Translations under genes and position numbers: made by a program | Notes under the pieces: model-generated | Databases searched by the model: none | What the model was told of the DNA's origin: nothing | The model's input: only the letters and a program-made list of their open reading frames with translations | Part shown: piece after piece, positions 1 to 36,921 of the stretch | Position numbering within the stretch: the stretch's first letter is position 1 | How the letters are laid out: each line of letters begins with the position of its first letter | DNA from: Amoebidium appalachense | Taxonomy: Eukaryota; Protista; Ichthyosporea | Length of the DNA stretch: 64,000 bases | Assembly: GCA_963693365.1 (NCBI GenBank) | Contig: CAVNZM010000001.1 | Coordinates: 18,214,783-18,278,782 of the forward strand | Direction of reading: 5' to 3'

Positions 1-165
1 GATGTTTTTTTTTACACTTTTAAACACGGTTGGTTGCTGCCAAATGCTAGTCCATGACACCACATATCCGCCCGTATATCTTTCCCCCCCCCCCCCCCCC
101 CCCCAACCCGATCCACCGTATTTACTAACCTTCCCCCCCCCACACACACACAAACATACACACAG

Positions 166-5855
<5,690 letters not shown>

Positions 5856-6097
5856 GAAGAATTGCTCCATGTTGGATAAAATAGATTGTGAATGTGCGGG
5901 TCGTTAGAAAAATTGCTTCTGGAATGAATTAGATTATGGATGTACGGTAAGTTATTCTAAGTTGGTGTAGTGATTGTTGCTGAGAAGAGATTTATGAGCG
6001 GTTTAGGGGGTCACAGCGAGACTGTGTTGAAAATGTCGGGTTTGCTGGTTGTGAGGTAATCAGGACATGCAGGGGAATGATGGGGCGGTGTGTGTGG

Positions 6098-6164
<67 letters not shown>

Positions 6165-6648
6165 CGTGTGTGCGTGCGTGCGTGCGTGCGTGCGTGTGTG
6201 TGTGTGCTGTGTGTGTGTTGGTTTGTGCGTGCCATGTGGTTGGCTTGATGGAGAGGGGGAGGAGGAGGGGGAAGGGGGGGGGGGGGGGGGGGGAGTAACA
6301 TGGATGCATCTTCTAAAGAAAAACACACCAGACAAGAACAATTGTGCCTCACCTTGTGCCTTACCGAACAGTTTATTCCTGCATACAAATACGTGCACTA
6401 ATGAAATAGGCCTTTATGTTCCAGTATACAAAAACGTCACTTGCGCTATTAAAGAGAACCCGATATACGTGTTCATTTGTCCTGTGCCTCTTCACATGAA
6501 TTAAATAAAGATAAGATGAGAAAGCGATAAATGAGGAATCTGGTCGTGAGTCGTGGTTGGTGGGTGTGGAGGAGTGGGGTGAGCGATGGTTTTGTTTTTG
6601 CTTGTTTTTTTTTCCCTTTCTTTTGTGTGTGCTTATGTATAATTGGTT

Positions 6649-6714
<66 letters not shown>

Positions 6715-7756
6715 GGGGGGGGGGAGGCAGGGGAATCACAATTTGAAGTACAGGTACGGAGGAGGCATGCAAAAATATCTGTTGATTTGCTGCGGTATGG
6801 CCAGACGGTGATGTTTTTTTTCTCCGTTCAGTCCGTTTGCATTCCCCCCCCCCCCCCTCCCCCCCCCCCCCCCCCCCCCGTTTCTCCGAATTTCCCCCTT
6901 CCTCTTTTATCCCCCCCCCCCCCCCCTCTCTCTCTCTCCCCCCCCCCCCCCCCCCCCCCCCCTCTCTCCCTCCCTCGGGCACCAACGGCAGACACAATAC
7001 CCACCCAACCCTTTCACCCCAACATGCTACTACCCGAGACAACAGACAAAACAAACCCACACTTACCCCTACTCCCAACCCGGTGAAACACGAAACGAGA
7101 TCTTGGGGCCCTGTCTCCATGTACTCAACACTTTAGATTTATGTCGAGAACCTTCGTATGTGTGTGCACGGACTATTTAGCTTTCTGTATGAAGCCTCCA
7201 ATCTGTATGAAGCCTCCATGGTGTTATCCGATAGTGGAAACTTCACAAGCAGCAACATTCTAGGTGTCAGCACTTGCATGTGCAATGCAAATTCAGTGAT
7301 GCATGTGCTTACTCGGTGTACCCGCCACGATGTGTGTGTTCTCTGCATGTGCGCAGTTACGCAAGAAGCACGACTCTTTTGCCTCAGGTGCAGCCACGTG
7401 TTTCATTGTGCTGGTTCGATGCTGTGTAACCGAGGATGAATTCCAAAAAAAGGAGATTTCCAAGTCGACTTGTTTTATTCACACTGAATCACTTAGCACG
7501 CCAGCGTGCGGTGGACAACTTCTTCGTATCGTTATATATACATGTTTTTACAAACTCTGTACCAGTCATTTTTTCACAAGTTCTTACAACCATGCATCAA
7601 CAAAACATTCACCACGCAACCGCAGACGGTGAGCGTTCATTCTCACGGACAGCAAGGAACGTGGGTGTCGTGCAGAAACGGCTTCGTTCGTAAACTTTCT
7701 TACGTTGGAAAACGCCCAGGTGAACGTGGACTTTCCGTGAATCCTGTTTCGGACAT

Positions 7757-8224
7757 TTAGAGCAGGAGGGCAGCGGCACCGAAGAAGAGGGTGGTGAGGA
7801 CGGATGCGGGGGTGAAGCCGGGGGCGGATGAGGAGTCGACAGCCACGGCATCGAACATGAGCGACTTGACGTTGCCGCAGCGGTAGCAGGGCACGCAGGT
7901 CCCGGCAGAGTCGGCGCGCAGGAAGGCCACCTGCTGAGCGGGGTCGAACGTGGCGGGGGCGGCGGCGCACTGGCTGTCGTTCTCGAACAGCAGCACCTCG
8001 TTGGGCACATCGGCGCTCAGGCGCACGCTGGTGTAGGTCTTGCCCAGCTCGGCAACCGTGATGGGCGCAGACAGGCCGGAGCAGCCAGTGCCGGTCAGTG
8101 CAGGCTTGACCGTGGTGATGGCAGAGCTGGCATCACAGTTGGCCGCTGTGAACAGAGACACTTTGGTGCCGGTGGTGGTGGCGGTGGCACCGGCAGCGAG
8201 AGCGAGAACAGCGAAAGCCTTCAT
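7757..8224 (-). CDS. Small secreted, probably GPI-anchored Cys-containing protein (155 aa), copy 1, intronless
   Basis: ATG at 8224, matching the paralogue; the ORF-track upstream extension is not shared. Signal peptide MKAFAVLALAAGATA, 6 Cys, small-residue omega region DSSSA, hydrophobic C-terminus SVLTTLFFGAAALLL, strong GC3 codon bias. Confidence 0.9.
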   Translation of the reverse strand: MKAFAVLALAAGATATTTGTKVSLFTAANCDASSAITTVKPALTGTGCSGLSAPITVAELGKTYTSVRLSADVPNEVLLFENDSQCAAAPATFDPAQQVAFLRADSAGTCVPCYRCGNVKSLMFDAVAVDSSSAPGFTPASVLTTLFFGAAALLL

Positions 8225-9317
8225 TTTCTTAAAGTGGTAGAAGTTATGTAAAATCTCAGATGCTGCAAGTACCAACGAGTGAATGAGCAGACTGGTAACG
8301 TTGGATGGGCGTTTCAAAGATTATATACCCGCGATAGAAGATAATGATTGGCTGGAATGGGAAAGCCCACCTTTTGCTGGTAGGGCGAATTTCTCATATT
8401 CGGTAATAAAGTGTTTTGATGATACATGCACAATAATGTTATTATTATTTAATCACGATTTGTAAATAAATATGCGTTATAAATCTCGTACTTTACGACA
8501 TTTGGCCTAAACACTCATTGTATATACATTTGCATTCCATGACAAACGCTGGGATTGGCTGGCTTCAAGACCCAATGACATGAGCGACCTACAACTAGGT
8601 GGCCAATCATGAGCGACAAGGCTCGAGGTGTGCAAATCGTAAAGATCATCACTCTCACACCTACCGTCTATCCACATTCATAGAAAACATTCACTGCGGA
8701 TTAAATGGGTGCAAGCCTCAATTTTTGGTTTTTATTATTCTGTTTCACAAGGATTCTATGCTTCTTATGACTTTATTTAGGGCTTTTTGAGGCTCTTATC
8801 ATGCCTTGATTTAGGAATGCGTTTACTTTGGCTGCACTTTTTCATCTGCCAAGGAATCCAATCGAATTTGACCGGATTGAAATTATTGCGCCAATGGAAC
8901 AAGCGCACTCCTCAAGGATAACCGCCGCTAAACTCAGTAGTACTCTCTCCTCATGGCCGTAAATATCCGACAAAAATAAACACAGCTGTATATACTGCTC
9001 TTTTTTATATAAAATCAGTTCTATTGGAACGAAATTAAAGAATCACTGGAGAGAAACTTGGGTTTTGCCTTGTACAGGCCTGTGCACATGCGCACACCTT
9101 GGCCCACCCGGCACCCGTCACAGGTGGCCCTCCAGGCTCCAGCCCGCCCGTGACCCAGTAAACCAATCAAAAGCCCGGACGGACGCCTTTCGGGGGGCAA
9201 GCCTTGCAAGGACTATATAAACCACGGTCAGCCTACTCTCCCCTCAGTGTTTCCGGCTACCGCTACCTTATATTGTAACAAAATACTGTGTCAATCTTTG
9301 CAAACCCCATCTAGAAA
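8225..9317. promoter_or_regulatory. Divergent promoter region with outward-facing TATA and CCAAT-like boxes
   Basis: Plus strand: TATATAAA at 9214-9221 (~100 nt before ATG 9318), with CCAATCA at ~9164. Minus strand: TATATAA at ~8321-8327 (~100 nt before ATG 8224), with CCAATCA at ~8346-8352. The region lacks microsatellites. Confidence 0.5.
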
Positions 9318-9785
9318 ATGAAGGTCTTCGCAGTTCTCGCTCTCGCTGCCGGCGCCACCGCCACCACCACCGGCACCAAGGTGCAGCTGTTCACAGCGGC
9401 CAACTGCGATGCCAACGCTGCCATTTCCACGGTCAAGGCCGCGCTCACGGGCAACGAGTGCTCCGGCCTGTCTGCGCCCATCACGGTTGCCGAGCTGGGC
9501 AAGACCTACACCAGCGTGCGCCTGAGCGCCGATGTGCCCAACGAGGTGCTGCTGTTCGAGAACGACAGCCAGTGCGCCGCCGCCCCCGCCACGTTCGACA
9601 CCGCCCAGCAGGTGGCCTTCCTGCGCGCCGACTCTGCCGGGGCCTGCCTGCCCTGCTACCGCTGCGGCAACGTCAAGTCACTCAAGTTCGATGCCGTGGC
9701 TGTCGACTCCTCATCCGCCCCCGGCTTCACCCCCTCATCTGTCCTCACCACCCTCTTCTTCGGTGCCGCTGCCCTCCTGCTCTAA
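9318..9785 (+). CDS. Small secreted, probably GPI-anchored Cys-containing protein (155 aa), copy 2, intronless
   Basis: Same length and architecture as 7757-8224; 13 amino-acid differences by manual alignment; divergent orientation. Confidence 0.9.
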   Translation: MKVFAVLALAAGATATTTGTKVQLFTAANCDANAAISTVKAALTGNECSGLSAPITVAELGKTYTSVRLSADVPNEVLLFENDSQCAAAPATFDTAQQVAFLRADSAGACLPCYRCGNVKSLKFDAVAVDSSSAPGFTPSSVLTTLFFGAAALLL

Positions 9786-10547
9786 GTCAAGACCTCGACA
9801 TTGTGTAAAGACCACCACCAAACGAGCTCCCGATGTTAACTTTGCGGCAGTTGGTTGCTGTTCGAGTCCTTCGGGTCGTCCTAAAATGTTGTACAGAGTA
9901 ATGCTGTAAATGGTCATGTGCGTAGGATCAGTATGGACAGATGACATGAATGCATTGATATGCGTATCATGAGTTTTGTCTTGTGTATAGTTTTTTCCGT
10001 GTCGGGGCAGGAGACCCCCGTGTCATAGCGTATTTGATAATAAAGTAATCATGCATCTGCCAGAGGCAGGAAAATAAATCTTTTCAAAGCAAACCTCGGT
10101 TCACTCAGAGGATGATCCCTGTGTTTTGAGCATGTGCGAAAACCAACGTTGCATAACGAGAACACGAATGACTGTCAGCCTTGCATATGCTTGGGCGTCA
10201 CTTACAAAGACAACACAATTCCGCAGAAGCTAATACACAGACATGTTGGGCTGTTTTCCTCCACCTAGCAACAGTCTTGGTGTATCAGGGCAGACTGTAA
10301 GTGTGGTTTGCTTCAGGTGTCTTCCCGCCGGGAGGGGTTTCACGCACGGTCTACGTATAAATACACGTGTGACAGGCATGCACACATGAATTTAGCCCAT
10401 ATACACATGAAAGATGAGCAGAGATTTGAATGCACAAGCCGACGTTTTTCTTTTATCTAACAGTGCATGTTTGAGAGATCTTATAAGAAGTTCAGGGCCT
10501 ACTGAAAAGCACCTTAGGGTTGTAGAGGCAAACGATATTACGGTGCG

Positions 10548-16540
<5,993 letters not shown>

Positions 16541-17677
16541 TCTGTGTGTGGCATACATATGTAAGGAGCACCACATTCAATAAATGTTTTCTCGAGTAGT
16601 GTGCACGTGGCACGTGAATTGGCCGTGCCACCGTGAAAGTGAGAGGTGTACCGGCCGTTCAAGTGTTCCAGATCCGTGTATTCAGATCCACCAATAGTAA
16701 ATGTCCAGAAGATAGATGGACGTGAATAAGTGGCGGATCTTGTGCGCATGGAGCCAGTAAGTCTTAAGACATGTGTGTGCAGTCCAAATGAGGTGGCTAT
16801 CGACACCACCTGGATTTGTTTTTATTACCAATGATTTTTGAGCGCCAATGTAAAAGTATTAGCCAAAATTTCGATATTATATGCTTGTAGTACATGATTT
16901 CGATACTTTAACTGTCACCTAATCTTTCAACTGCCATGTGTACAATTTGGATTATCATTCCAGAGTGAGGTATTTGCCGCGCTCTGTGGTATTTTACCTG
17001 GGAATTCCGGGCTGCCTCTCGACTCACGAGTCATGCAGCCAGTACAGCTCGTACACTACACTGAATTCAGCAGAACAGAAAAAAATAATCTTGAACTTAA
17101 GTAAATACGTTTATAAAACTATATTAGTGAAATATTTAGCTAAATACTCGCATTTTCTCGAGTCAGACTGGGTATACACCAAATATCTGAGCATCCAATG
17201 TGAAGGTGTGCTGTGATTGGTCACCATTAAGACTGATGCAGCAAATCAGATTACCGCGTTTTGGAGCGCAGTAAAGAGAGCTTCCGGTGGCAGTAAGCCA
17301 CTCAGTGGCGATTACAAGCAAACTATGTTTGAAAGTACTCAGATTTTTTCTAATTAAATAAAATTTGAGCTCAATATAGTATTCCTCTGTGAGAACCTGT
17401 CTTGATTATCTTTATGTCCCTGCTTCTATCAGACATGTACTCTTGCTGCCCACATTTTGACTCAGCTACTCTTGAATTTTACCCCTTTCTGACTATCGCG
17501 GCTCCCGCCTGGGTGTGTGGCATATAAAAAGCGAATAGTTCTTTGATGTTCCCGTAGAGCTTTGTTGGTCTGTGTGTCTTTTTCCTTCCTCAATCAGAAG
17601 GAGGCTTCTGTGTAACTCTTTCCGAAAAGTTTGGTGTAGTCTGCTATTACCTTGTAGAATAAGACTAGAATATAAAA

Positions 17678-18733
17678 ATGTCTGAACTTCTAGATCTCCC
17701 AAATGAAACCCTTGAAGTGATTTTGCGTTATTTGCCCTTCAACGACTGGTTCAATGTTATGCTTGCAAACAGACGTCTTCACGACCTCGTAAGCAGACGT
17801 GGTCCCTTCCTTGCGCTTCATCAGTCACAGTTCAAGCGTTTGGTCTCTTTTGTTCGCACAGAAAACGCAACACAACTTGAAAGAGTATCAGTTGCGTACG
17901 GTGAGCTGCCTCTGCGCAAGGGGAGGTCCATACCGCGCTCCCTTGTCGAACCCATAGTGATGCAATTGAAACATACAGAACCTCAAGCCGCATTTGTATT
18001 TGCCAACGTTCTGGGGCGGGCAAACCTCGTCAAAACCCTGCTCAAGTGCCCCGGAGTAGACCCTTTGCAGTGGTCTGATGGCATCCCCATCACTTGGGCC
18101 GCGTGGTGTGGGTATGAGGATGTTATCGAGGTTCTTTTGGATGACAACAGAATATGTAAAGCTCAGAGCGGGCGGTGGTTCGAGCAGGCAGTAGTGTGGG
18201 CCTGTGTGCGCAACCACGAGCAGATATTCGACACTCTTCTCAATCATTCAAATGCGCGCGATTTCTACGCGGCAGGGATAAGAGCCACCGGTTCCAACTA
18301 TGCCCTCACCACTGCGGCACAGTATGGTCGCAAGAACATCGTCCGGAGACTGTTGCAGCACGAAAGCACCGACCCGTCAGTACGAGACAACGAGCCTCTA
18401 ATCGGTGCGGCCAGGAATGGTCATGCAGATGTCGTTCGTTTACTTTTGAAAACACGAGCTGTTGACCCGACAGACCGTGACAACGAGGCGTTGATACAGG
18501 CAGCCGACCAGGGCCATATGATGGTTGTGCACATGTTGTTGGATGATGGGAGGGTGTCTGCATGGGCACGTGAAGGGGAGGCGGTGCGGCGGGCAGCAAA
18601 GCGAGGACATAACCTCGTTGTGGACCTGCTGCTGAGACACACACAGAGCCAGTTGGGTGGTATGACAAGGGCAATACCTGTGCGCGAAACGTCGTCGGCA
18701 GGGGTGATGCTGGCCGGCTGTGGTGGTGCTTAG
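17678..18733 (+). CDS. F-box + ankyrin-repeat protein (351 aa), intronless
   Basis: N-terminal F-box LLDLPNETLEVILRYLPFNDWFNVMLANRRL. About six ankyrin repeats, e.g. ALTTAAQYGRKNIVRRLL, DPSVRDNEPLIGAARNGHADVVRLLL, DPTDRDNEALIQAADQGHMMVVHMLL. Confidence 0.92.
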   Translation: MSELLDLPNETLEVILRYLPFNDWFNVMLANRRLHDLVSRRGPFLALHQSQFKRLVSFVRTENATQLERVSVAYGELPLRKGRSIPRSLVEPIVMQLKHTEPQAAFVFANVLGRANLVKTLLKCPGVDPLQWSDGIPITWAAWCGYEDVIEVLLDDNRICKAQSGRWFEQAVVWACVRNHEQIFDTLLNHSNARDFYAAGIRATGSNYALTTAAQYGRKNIVRRLLQHESTDPSVRDNEPLIGAARNGHADVVRLLLKTRAVDPTDRDNEALIQAADQGHMMVVHMLLDDGRVSAWAREGEAVRRAAKRGHNLVVDLLLRHTQSQLGGMTRAIPVRETSSAGVMLAGCGGA

Positions 18734-20299
18734 ACCTGTATGTTGTTCAATTAATTAATTGTCGCGATGAAATTCATAAGAATTAATTTGTTTTTGTACT
18801 ATTTTCGTACTCTGCATATGATTCAAGGGGCATGTTGTACTCCGAATTGCTGTTAAGTTGGGGGCTGTGCATAGAGTTACGACGTGGGTGAAGATGTTGC
18901 CTGTAGCAAATAGAAGTGGTGTTTTTTAAACCTTGTCGGTAAAGTGCTGTGTTTCTGTATTTTTTACCCAAGAGAATATCGAGTTTGAATAGTTTACGCG
19001 AAATTGCACGCTATTCACGAATGGTGGGGCATGGGTATGACGATGGTGATGTTGGTGGAGACACAGTGTCCGTATTTTTTAGCCAAAATCGGTGCACGCA
19101 GTTTGCCAATGGAAAATCCCGTGATGGCAGGAAGAATTTTTGAGTGCTGAATAAAGGTGTTCAACTAAAAAAAAATTCTTTTATCCACCCCTTACTTCTC
19201 TCAAACGACCACTCCTGGCCCTTATCCCAGGGCAATGTGTGGAGGTTTCTGATATTGACGTCGGCACAGTCAAACGATTCAATCACACCGGCCACGCGCT
19301 GTGGTTGCAACGGCAGCATATCCGGGCCTTTTACTCTATTGTATCCGTGCTGGCAGACAACTGTGTTGCAATTTCAGGCAGATAAGTCTGAAGCACACAT
19401 TTTATTTTTTCCAATTCATTTTCAGGTTGTGCACAGGCCAGCGCAAACCGTTGAACCTTGGCCCATACAATCACCGTCAGAGGTCAAGGAAGGCTCTTGT
19501 AGACATGCACTATCGTATATGTGGGCTCACAGAGTGCCTGTTCTTTGAGCTTGCTCAATTGCAACTGCAGAAGTAGCAATGCGTGATTCGAAACGTTTGA
19601 ACAACGAGTCTCCTCCTGAAACAAATTGAGAATACACACTTTCCTTACGAAAGGGGAACGGGAAGGAAAAAAATAACTGCCATTCATTCATACACACAGA
19701 AGCCCCACAGCAGTCACCAGTATCCCACTAAGTCTTCTGCGCCTCCTACCGGGCCTTAGTCTGCGCCCCTTGTTGCTCAGTCAGCCTTTATTGCTGCAGC
19801 CTGCAGTCTTCGGTGATGTTGTTCCTGTGTGGCACAACATCAGTTTGTCTCACATCGTTGAACTTCGTGACCATGGGCATGCACAATTCGTGTGACATCT
19901 TGGTGAGTGCTCTGGGCCCCCGGCACGTGATGCAGAGATGCATAGAGTTCAAAACTTCGCGACACAAACATGTATAGGGAGAGACCCATTGAGGGGGGGG
20001 GGGAGGGGGGGGAGGGGGGGGGGGAGGAGGGCTCGCAGTCCTGACTAAGGTGCACAAGCTCGGATGCCGCTTTTGGGTGGCACGCAAAAACGGATCACAA
20101 AAAAACGGTCAGAAGATCGAACAGTTGCATTAAGGAGGATTATTCAGGAGCGGGCTGGCGTGTATGGGTGTATGTACATATGTGTGTTTGTGGGGGGTGG
20201 TGGGGGGGGATGGCGGGGAAAGAGAGAGAGGAGAGAAAGAGAGAGGGGGGGAAGGAGAGAGAGCGAGCGAGAGAGAGAGAGATAGAGGGGGGGGGAGGG

Positions 20300-20390
<91 letters not shown>

Positions 20391-21708
20391 AGGGAGAGAG
20401 AGAGGGGGGGGAGAGTGAGATAGAGGGAGAGAAAGATAGATAGATAGAGAAGAGAATTCGAAGAGAGGGAGAGAGACAGAGTCTGAGAGGACAGAGAGGT
20501 GGGGGGAGGGGGGGGGGACGGGACGTACGTAGGGAGGGAAAAGGTTAGTGGTGGTTGTGAGGTTAAGCCACGAAGATATGAGACAGGAAATAGGCTGTAA
20601 AATTGAAGGTTCATCGGAGAGGATAACAAAAAAAACGTCCACAAGGGGCAAGAACAGTTGCGAGAGGGTGTAGCAAAGGCAAATTATTTGCAGGAGCATG
20701 CACGGGGAACAACTGAAGCTTTTTGGAGAAACTAGGGTACCTTTGCCTCGTTGATGTTTCTTGCCACACTGGCACACAGGGATATGCATACAAGCATACC
20801 AACTACCGCAAATATGTCCAGAAAAGTGGCTTCCTTGACCTGTTGTATAAAAGTACTCAATGGGTTCATTTTGGTGGTGTGCACGCCTTAGGCTGTAGAT
20901 TCAGACAAAGGCATCAGACAAAGCAACAAATTCGTATATAGCAGCGTTTTCGGAGTTGAATAAATGGAGACATTATATATCTCAACATCACTGGGTATAA
21001 CCAACCATCTGAGCCTAGGTTGGATCTAGATCTTAGCTTCCCCTGACCTTTCCCGGCCTACCGAAATAAACAGCACCATGCATTACATGTAGCTCGTGCA
21101 ACGGTGATGCTCTCTCTTGAGTTGTCCACCTTCGCTGTATGCTGCCCATTTAGTATAGCAACTGTGAATAGCAAAATAGCAACTGTGAATAGCGAAAAAG
21201 CAACTGTGAACGCTCATCTGTAGGCGTGTACACCAGAAGTTCAAAAGGCTCTGAGGCCGCCCGTGCACTGGCTCAGCTGAAGTCTATGGGTGTGTGCTAT
21301 AGGAAAGCTCACAAGATTTTCAGAAGTAGAGGAGGGCTTATAAAGAATATCCTGACTGTAAAATGGGGATTTGAAAAGCGAAAATTTAACTGTGTTAGAA
21401 CCGCACATACCCCACGCATTACCCAACATTTGCACGTGTTCGTGTTTTCTGTAAAGGTTGTGTTCAGACTTAGCCCGAAACTCGCTTTTGGTTTCTTTGC
21501 CTTTTGTTTTCTGAAGTTTCAGCTGAAAAAGACTATACATGCAGCTTTGCACCAACAACACACCCACTCAGTTCGATTGAAAGTCAGCACATCTCATTCG
21601 GCTAATGATTGTAGCAGGAGAAATCAACCTGGCAGAGCGTTGGACATTTCCTATTTATAAAACCTACCAAGTAATCACTCACATCACTAGCTTCTTTTAT
21701 CAGTCAAG

Positions 21709-33598
<11,890 letters not shown>

Positions 33599-33740
33599 AT
33601 GATGACAAATGTGACTGTAATAGAGCATCGGCAGGGGAAAAGTTGGGGGGGGGAGGGGGGGGGGTCTATCATACTTTGAATTGGCAACACGTAAAACAGG
33701 AACGGACTTCCGTACGCACACACACACAAATACCGCGCGT

Positions 33741-33786
<46 letters not shown>

Positions 33787-33789
<3 letters not shown>

Positions 33790-34436
33790 GGGGGGAATGC
33801 TTTGCACACAGGAAACCTAAGCTTTAGGTCTGGAAACTAACAATCTCGCACAGACTCTCAATTAAAATGAGGATAGAGGGTTGTTGGCATAATTAGACAT
33901 GCACATAACATTATTGTGCCTTAGTGGCTAGGGATATTCGCGAATGTGTCAACTTTGGCGTTAGAAGATGTGAGCTACTGGCTGCCCCGGTGGGCACAAA
34001 ATTTAATAAAGAAGCATAAGGAACGAGTTCTGATGTAAATAAGTCATGAAGACTGCGAGGGTACCGCAGCCGTGGATTCGTGCGGCAGCACCGACGACTG
34101 CACACACACACACACACACACAAAGGGGGGAATGCTGTGCACACAGGAAGCCTAAGCTTTAGATCTGGAAACTAACAATCTCGCACAGACTCTCAACTAA
34201 AATGAGGATAGAGGGTTGTTGGCATAATTAAACATGCACATAACATTATTGTGCCTTAGTGGCTAGGGATATTCGCGAATGTGTCAACATTGGCGTTAGA
34301 AGATGTGAGCTACTGGCTGCCCCGATGGGCACAAAATTTAATAAAGAAGCATAAGGAACGAGTTCTGATGTAAAGAAGTCATGAAGACTGCGAGGGTACC
34401 GTGGCCGTGCATTCGTGCGGCAGTACCGAGACTGCA
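33787..34436. repeat. Tandem duplication, ~335-bp period, each unit preceded by (CA)n
   Basis: AAAGGGGGGAATGCT...CTAAGCTTTAG occurs at 33787 and 34122, with scattered substitutions. Confidence 0.9.
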
Positions 34437-34529
34437 GGTGCGCACTCTATGATGTTGTCACATGGGTACACTGGGCCATATGCATACGACCTGAAGTAAT
34501 ATTAATAGGACATGCACTGCGCATAATAG

Positions 34530-34573
<44 letters not shown>

Positions 34574-34720
34574 TCTCCGCTCTCTCTCTCTCTCCTAGGC
34601 CCTTTTACCGGCCGGGCATATGTCACGCTCAGGTAGGCACATGTTCCAGTTTGAGCTAACACGTACTGACGTGTTGCCGCACGTGCGACGTTATACATCT
34701 ACTTGAGGCGGCTTTTGCAA

Positions 34721-34752
<32 letters not shown>

Positions 34753-35967
34753 GGGGGGAGACACCTCCTCAGTAGGTGGTAGCAGTTGAGTGTGTTTGAT
34801 CACATATGCATGAGAAATTCGTTAGGTAACCTTCAAGCCGTATGTACAAGTGTACATGCAGCGCGGAAATGCGCAATCGATTGTGCTACATAGCATGCAC
34901 GCGGATTTGGATCCAGTTTGATGGTGTCGACGTCCCCGTCGGGTCCGACGCTGCGGGTGTTACGTAATAGTGCACGTGGCTTGAGTATTAGTGTGCACCC
35001 TGTGCGTGTGGCACATTCCATGGTGTGCCGGTTTGCGCAAACCGTCCATTGAAGGTGGGAGTCTAGGGGGAGTCGGACGGTGTGGTTTCGCGGGCCGTCC
35101 AAGTTCCGAATCGGGTTTCAACTCGCACCTGCCACTGTCACGGACCACTGATACGCCACGACGTTTTATTCATGACTGTCCACTATCCACTTCGTTTCGC
35201 CCTAAGCAGAAAAATTAACATATTTTGTTGTTTCCGCTCTTCTACAATGAAGCATTCATGCCAAGTACCTTCATCTTACGATAACTTTCATTTTGCCAAA
35301 GTTTGTATTCTCGACCCGACCCGGAAATCTTGCCTATCTCACCCAATCAGCCGGTGTGTTATGCTGGAGGGGGTGCAAAAGATTCCAACCAACTGTCAGG
35401 CACCTACGGAGTCGTGCGCGCAGCTTTTGCGCGCCAACTTTCACTTTTCACAGCTTTCAAGCTTTGTTAACTGCATACCGGTTAAGAACTGTGGAGGCGC
35501 CGGCACACACCGGTGCGAAGATCTTAGCGAACGAGACGTAGGAAAGCGAAAAGCGCGTTCGCCGAGTTGCCGGAGTTATATTCTGAGTGCATGAACGAGT
35601 TAAGGTGGCGTTTTTCTGCAAGGTATTTCCCCCGCCCTCGTTTTTTGCCCCATGATGCTCGGTTAGTTCTGAAGGGAGGGAGGGAGCCCGTGTCACGCGT
35701 GTCTTCAATGCGTAAGGGTTGGCACAGTAGTCGGATCTCTGTTGGTAAACGAAAGACCTTAGAGCACGTTGAGGTTTTTTGATGGCTAGCCCTGGACAAA
35801 CTACGCGAGTTGATGCAGCACGTGTATTTGTGTTTAGGATTTTGGCTTCCAATCATGGGTTGTGGTCTGCTGCCCTTTTATATTCAATGGAGATGGTTAT
35901 TGATTTTATTCTTCTAAGTTCTACCTCAACACGTTTATTTGGGTCAACGTTGTGTCTTTTCTTTGTT

Positions 35968-36012
<45 letters not shown>

Positions 36013-36639
36013 GGGGTTTTAGCAGGTTTGACGAGCTGGGTGGTTTTCCTTAGCATTGCTTTGCTTCATTTGTTTGACACAGAAAATCCTGAAGCACAGC
36101 TGAGGTGCAATTATGGAGTGTGAAACGGGCCTTGCTTTGACTGCTTCAGCCTGCCTCTCTCTCTCTTCTATGGTAGTCACACACCATCAGAATTTCTTCT
36201 ACCTTGTAAACCGACTTGCATTGCCCGTGCGGATGCTCTGGCTTGCACGCGAGGTAGAGGCAGGCATAAACAGACACACGGAAACCCGGAGGCACATAAA
36301 CACGCACACACATACACACACGCACACATGCACCCATGTGCGCATGCGTCCATACTCACTCACTCACTCAGTCACTCACTCACTCACTCTCCACTAAGTC
36401 ACATGCATGCGTACCCCTTGGAACACCTGCCTTGCACACGCATCCCATTGTATGCGTGCATAAAAATGAACTTTGCATGCTGCATTTCCATAAGCTATAC
36501 CTGAGTGCCATCCAGACACATACACGCATATGGCTGCTGATAATTTTTGGCTGCACATTCACGTGCACACGTTAATACACACGTCACAGGCAGGTGCACT
36601 TGATTCAGACGCACTTTTCTCACACCATTCGTGGGTGTG

Positions 36640-36890
36640 CAGACTCTCAGCCTCTATACACTATACACACACACATAGACACCCTTGCATACACAGCATT
36701 ACTTGTTCTATTTCTGTTGTATCCCACAGCTACCTCACCTGATGTTCCATTTTTCCGCGTCTCTCTGGTTCTTTTGGTACTCTATTCTTTTCTTACCTTA
36801 TGGTTGCTGTTACCTTTGTGTAGTCCACCTAGCTTCTATTGGGCTCCGACCTTTCCCCTTCCAGTCGTTCCACGCCTCATCCTCCCCTCC

Positions 36891-36921
<31 letters not shown>

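Noticed and set aside
19788-21300. Possible minus-strand multi-exon gene divergent from TRM61
   Set aside because: Some exon-like segments and a 21-bp triple repeat (~21155-21210), but no consistent phase or recognisable protein motif.
35589-35603. piggyBac-like right end (GCATGAACGAG-TTAA)
   Set aside because: No matching left terminal repeat or transposase remnant found in the window.
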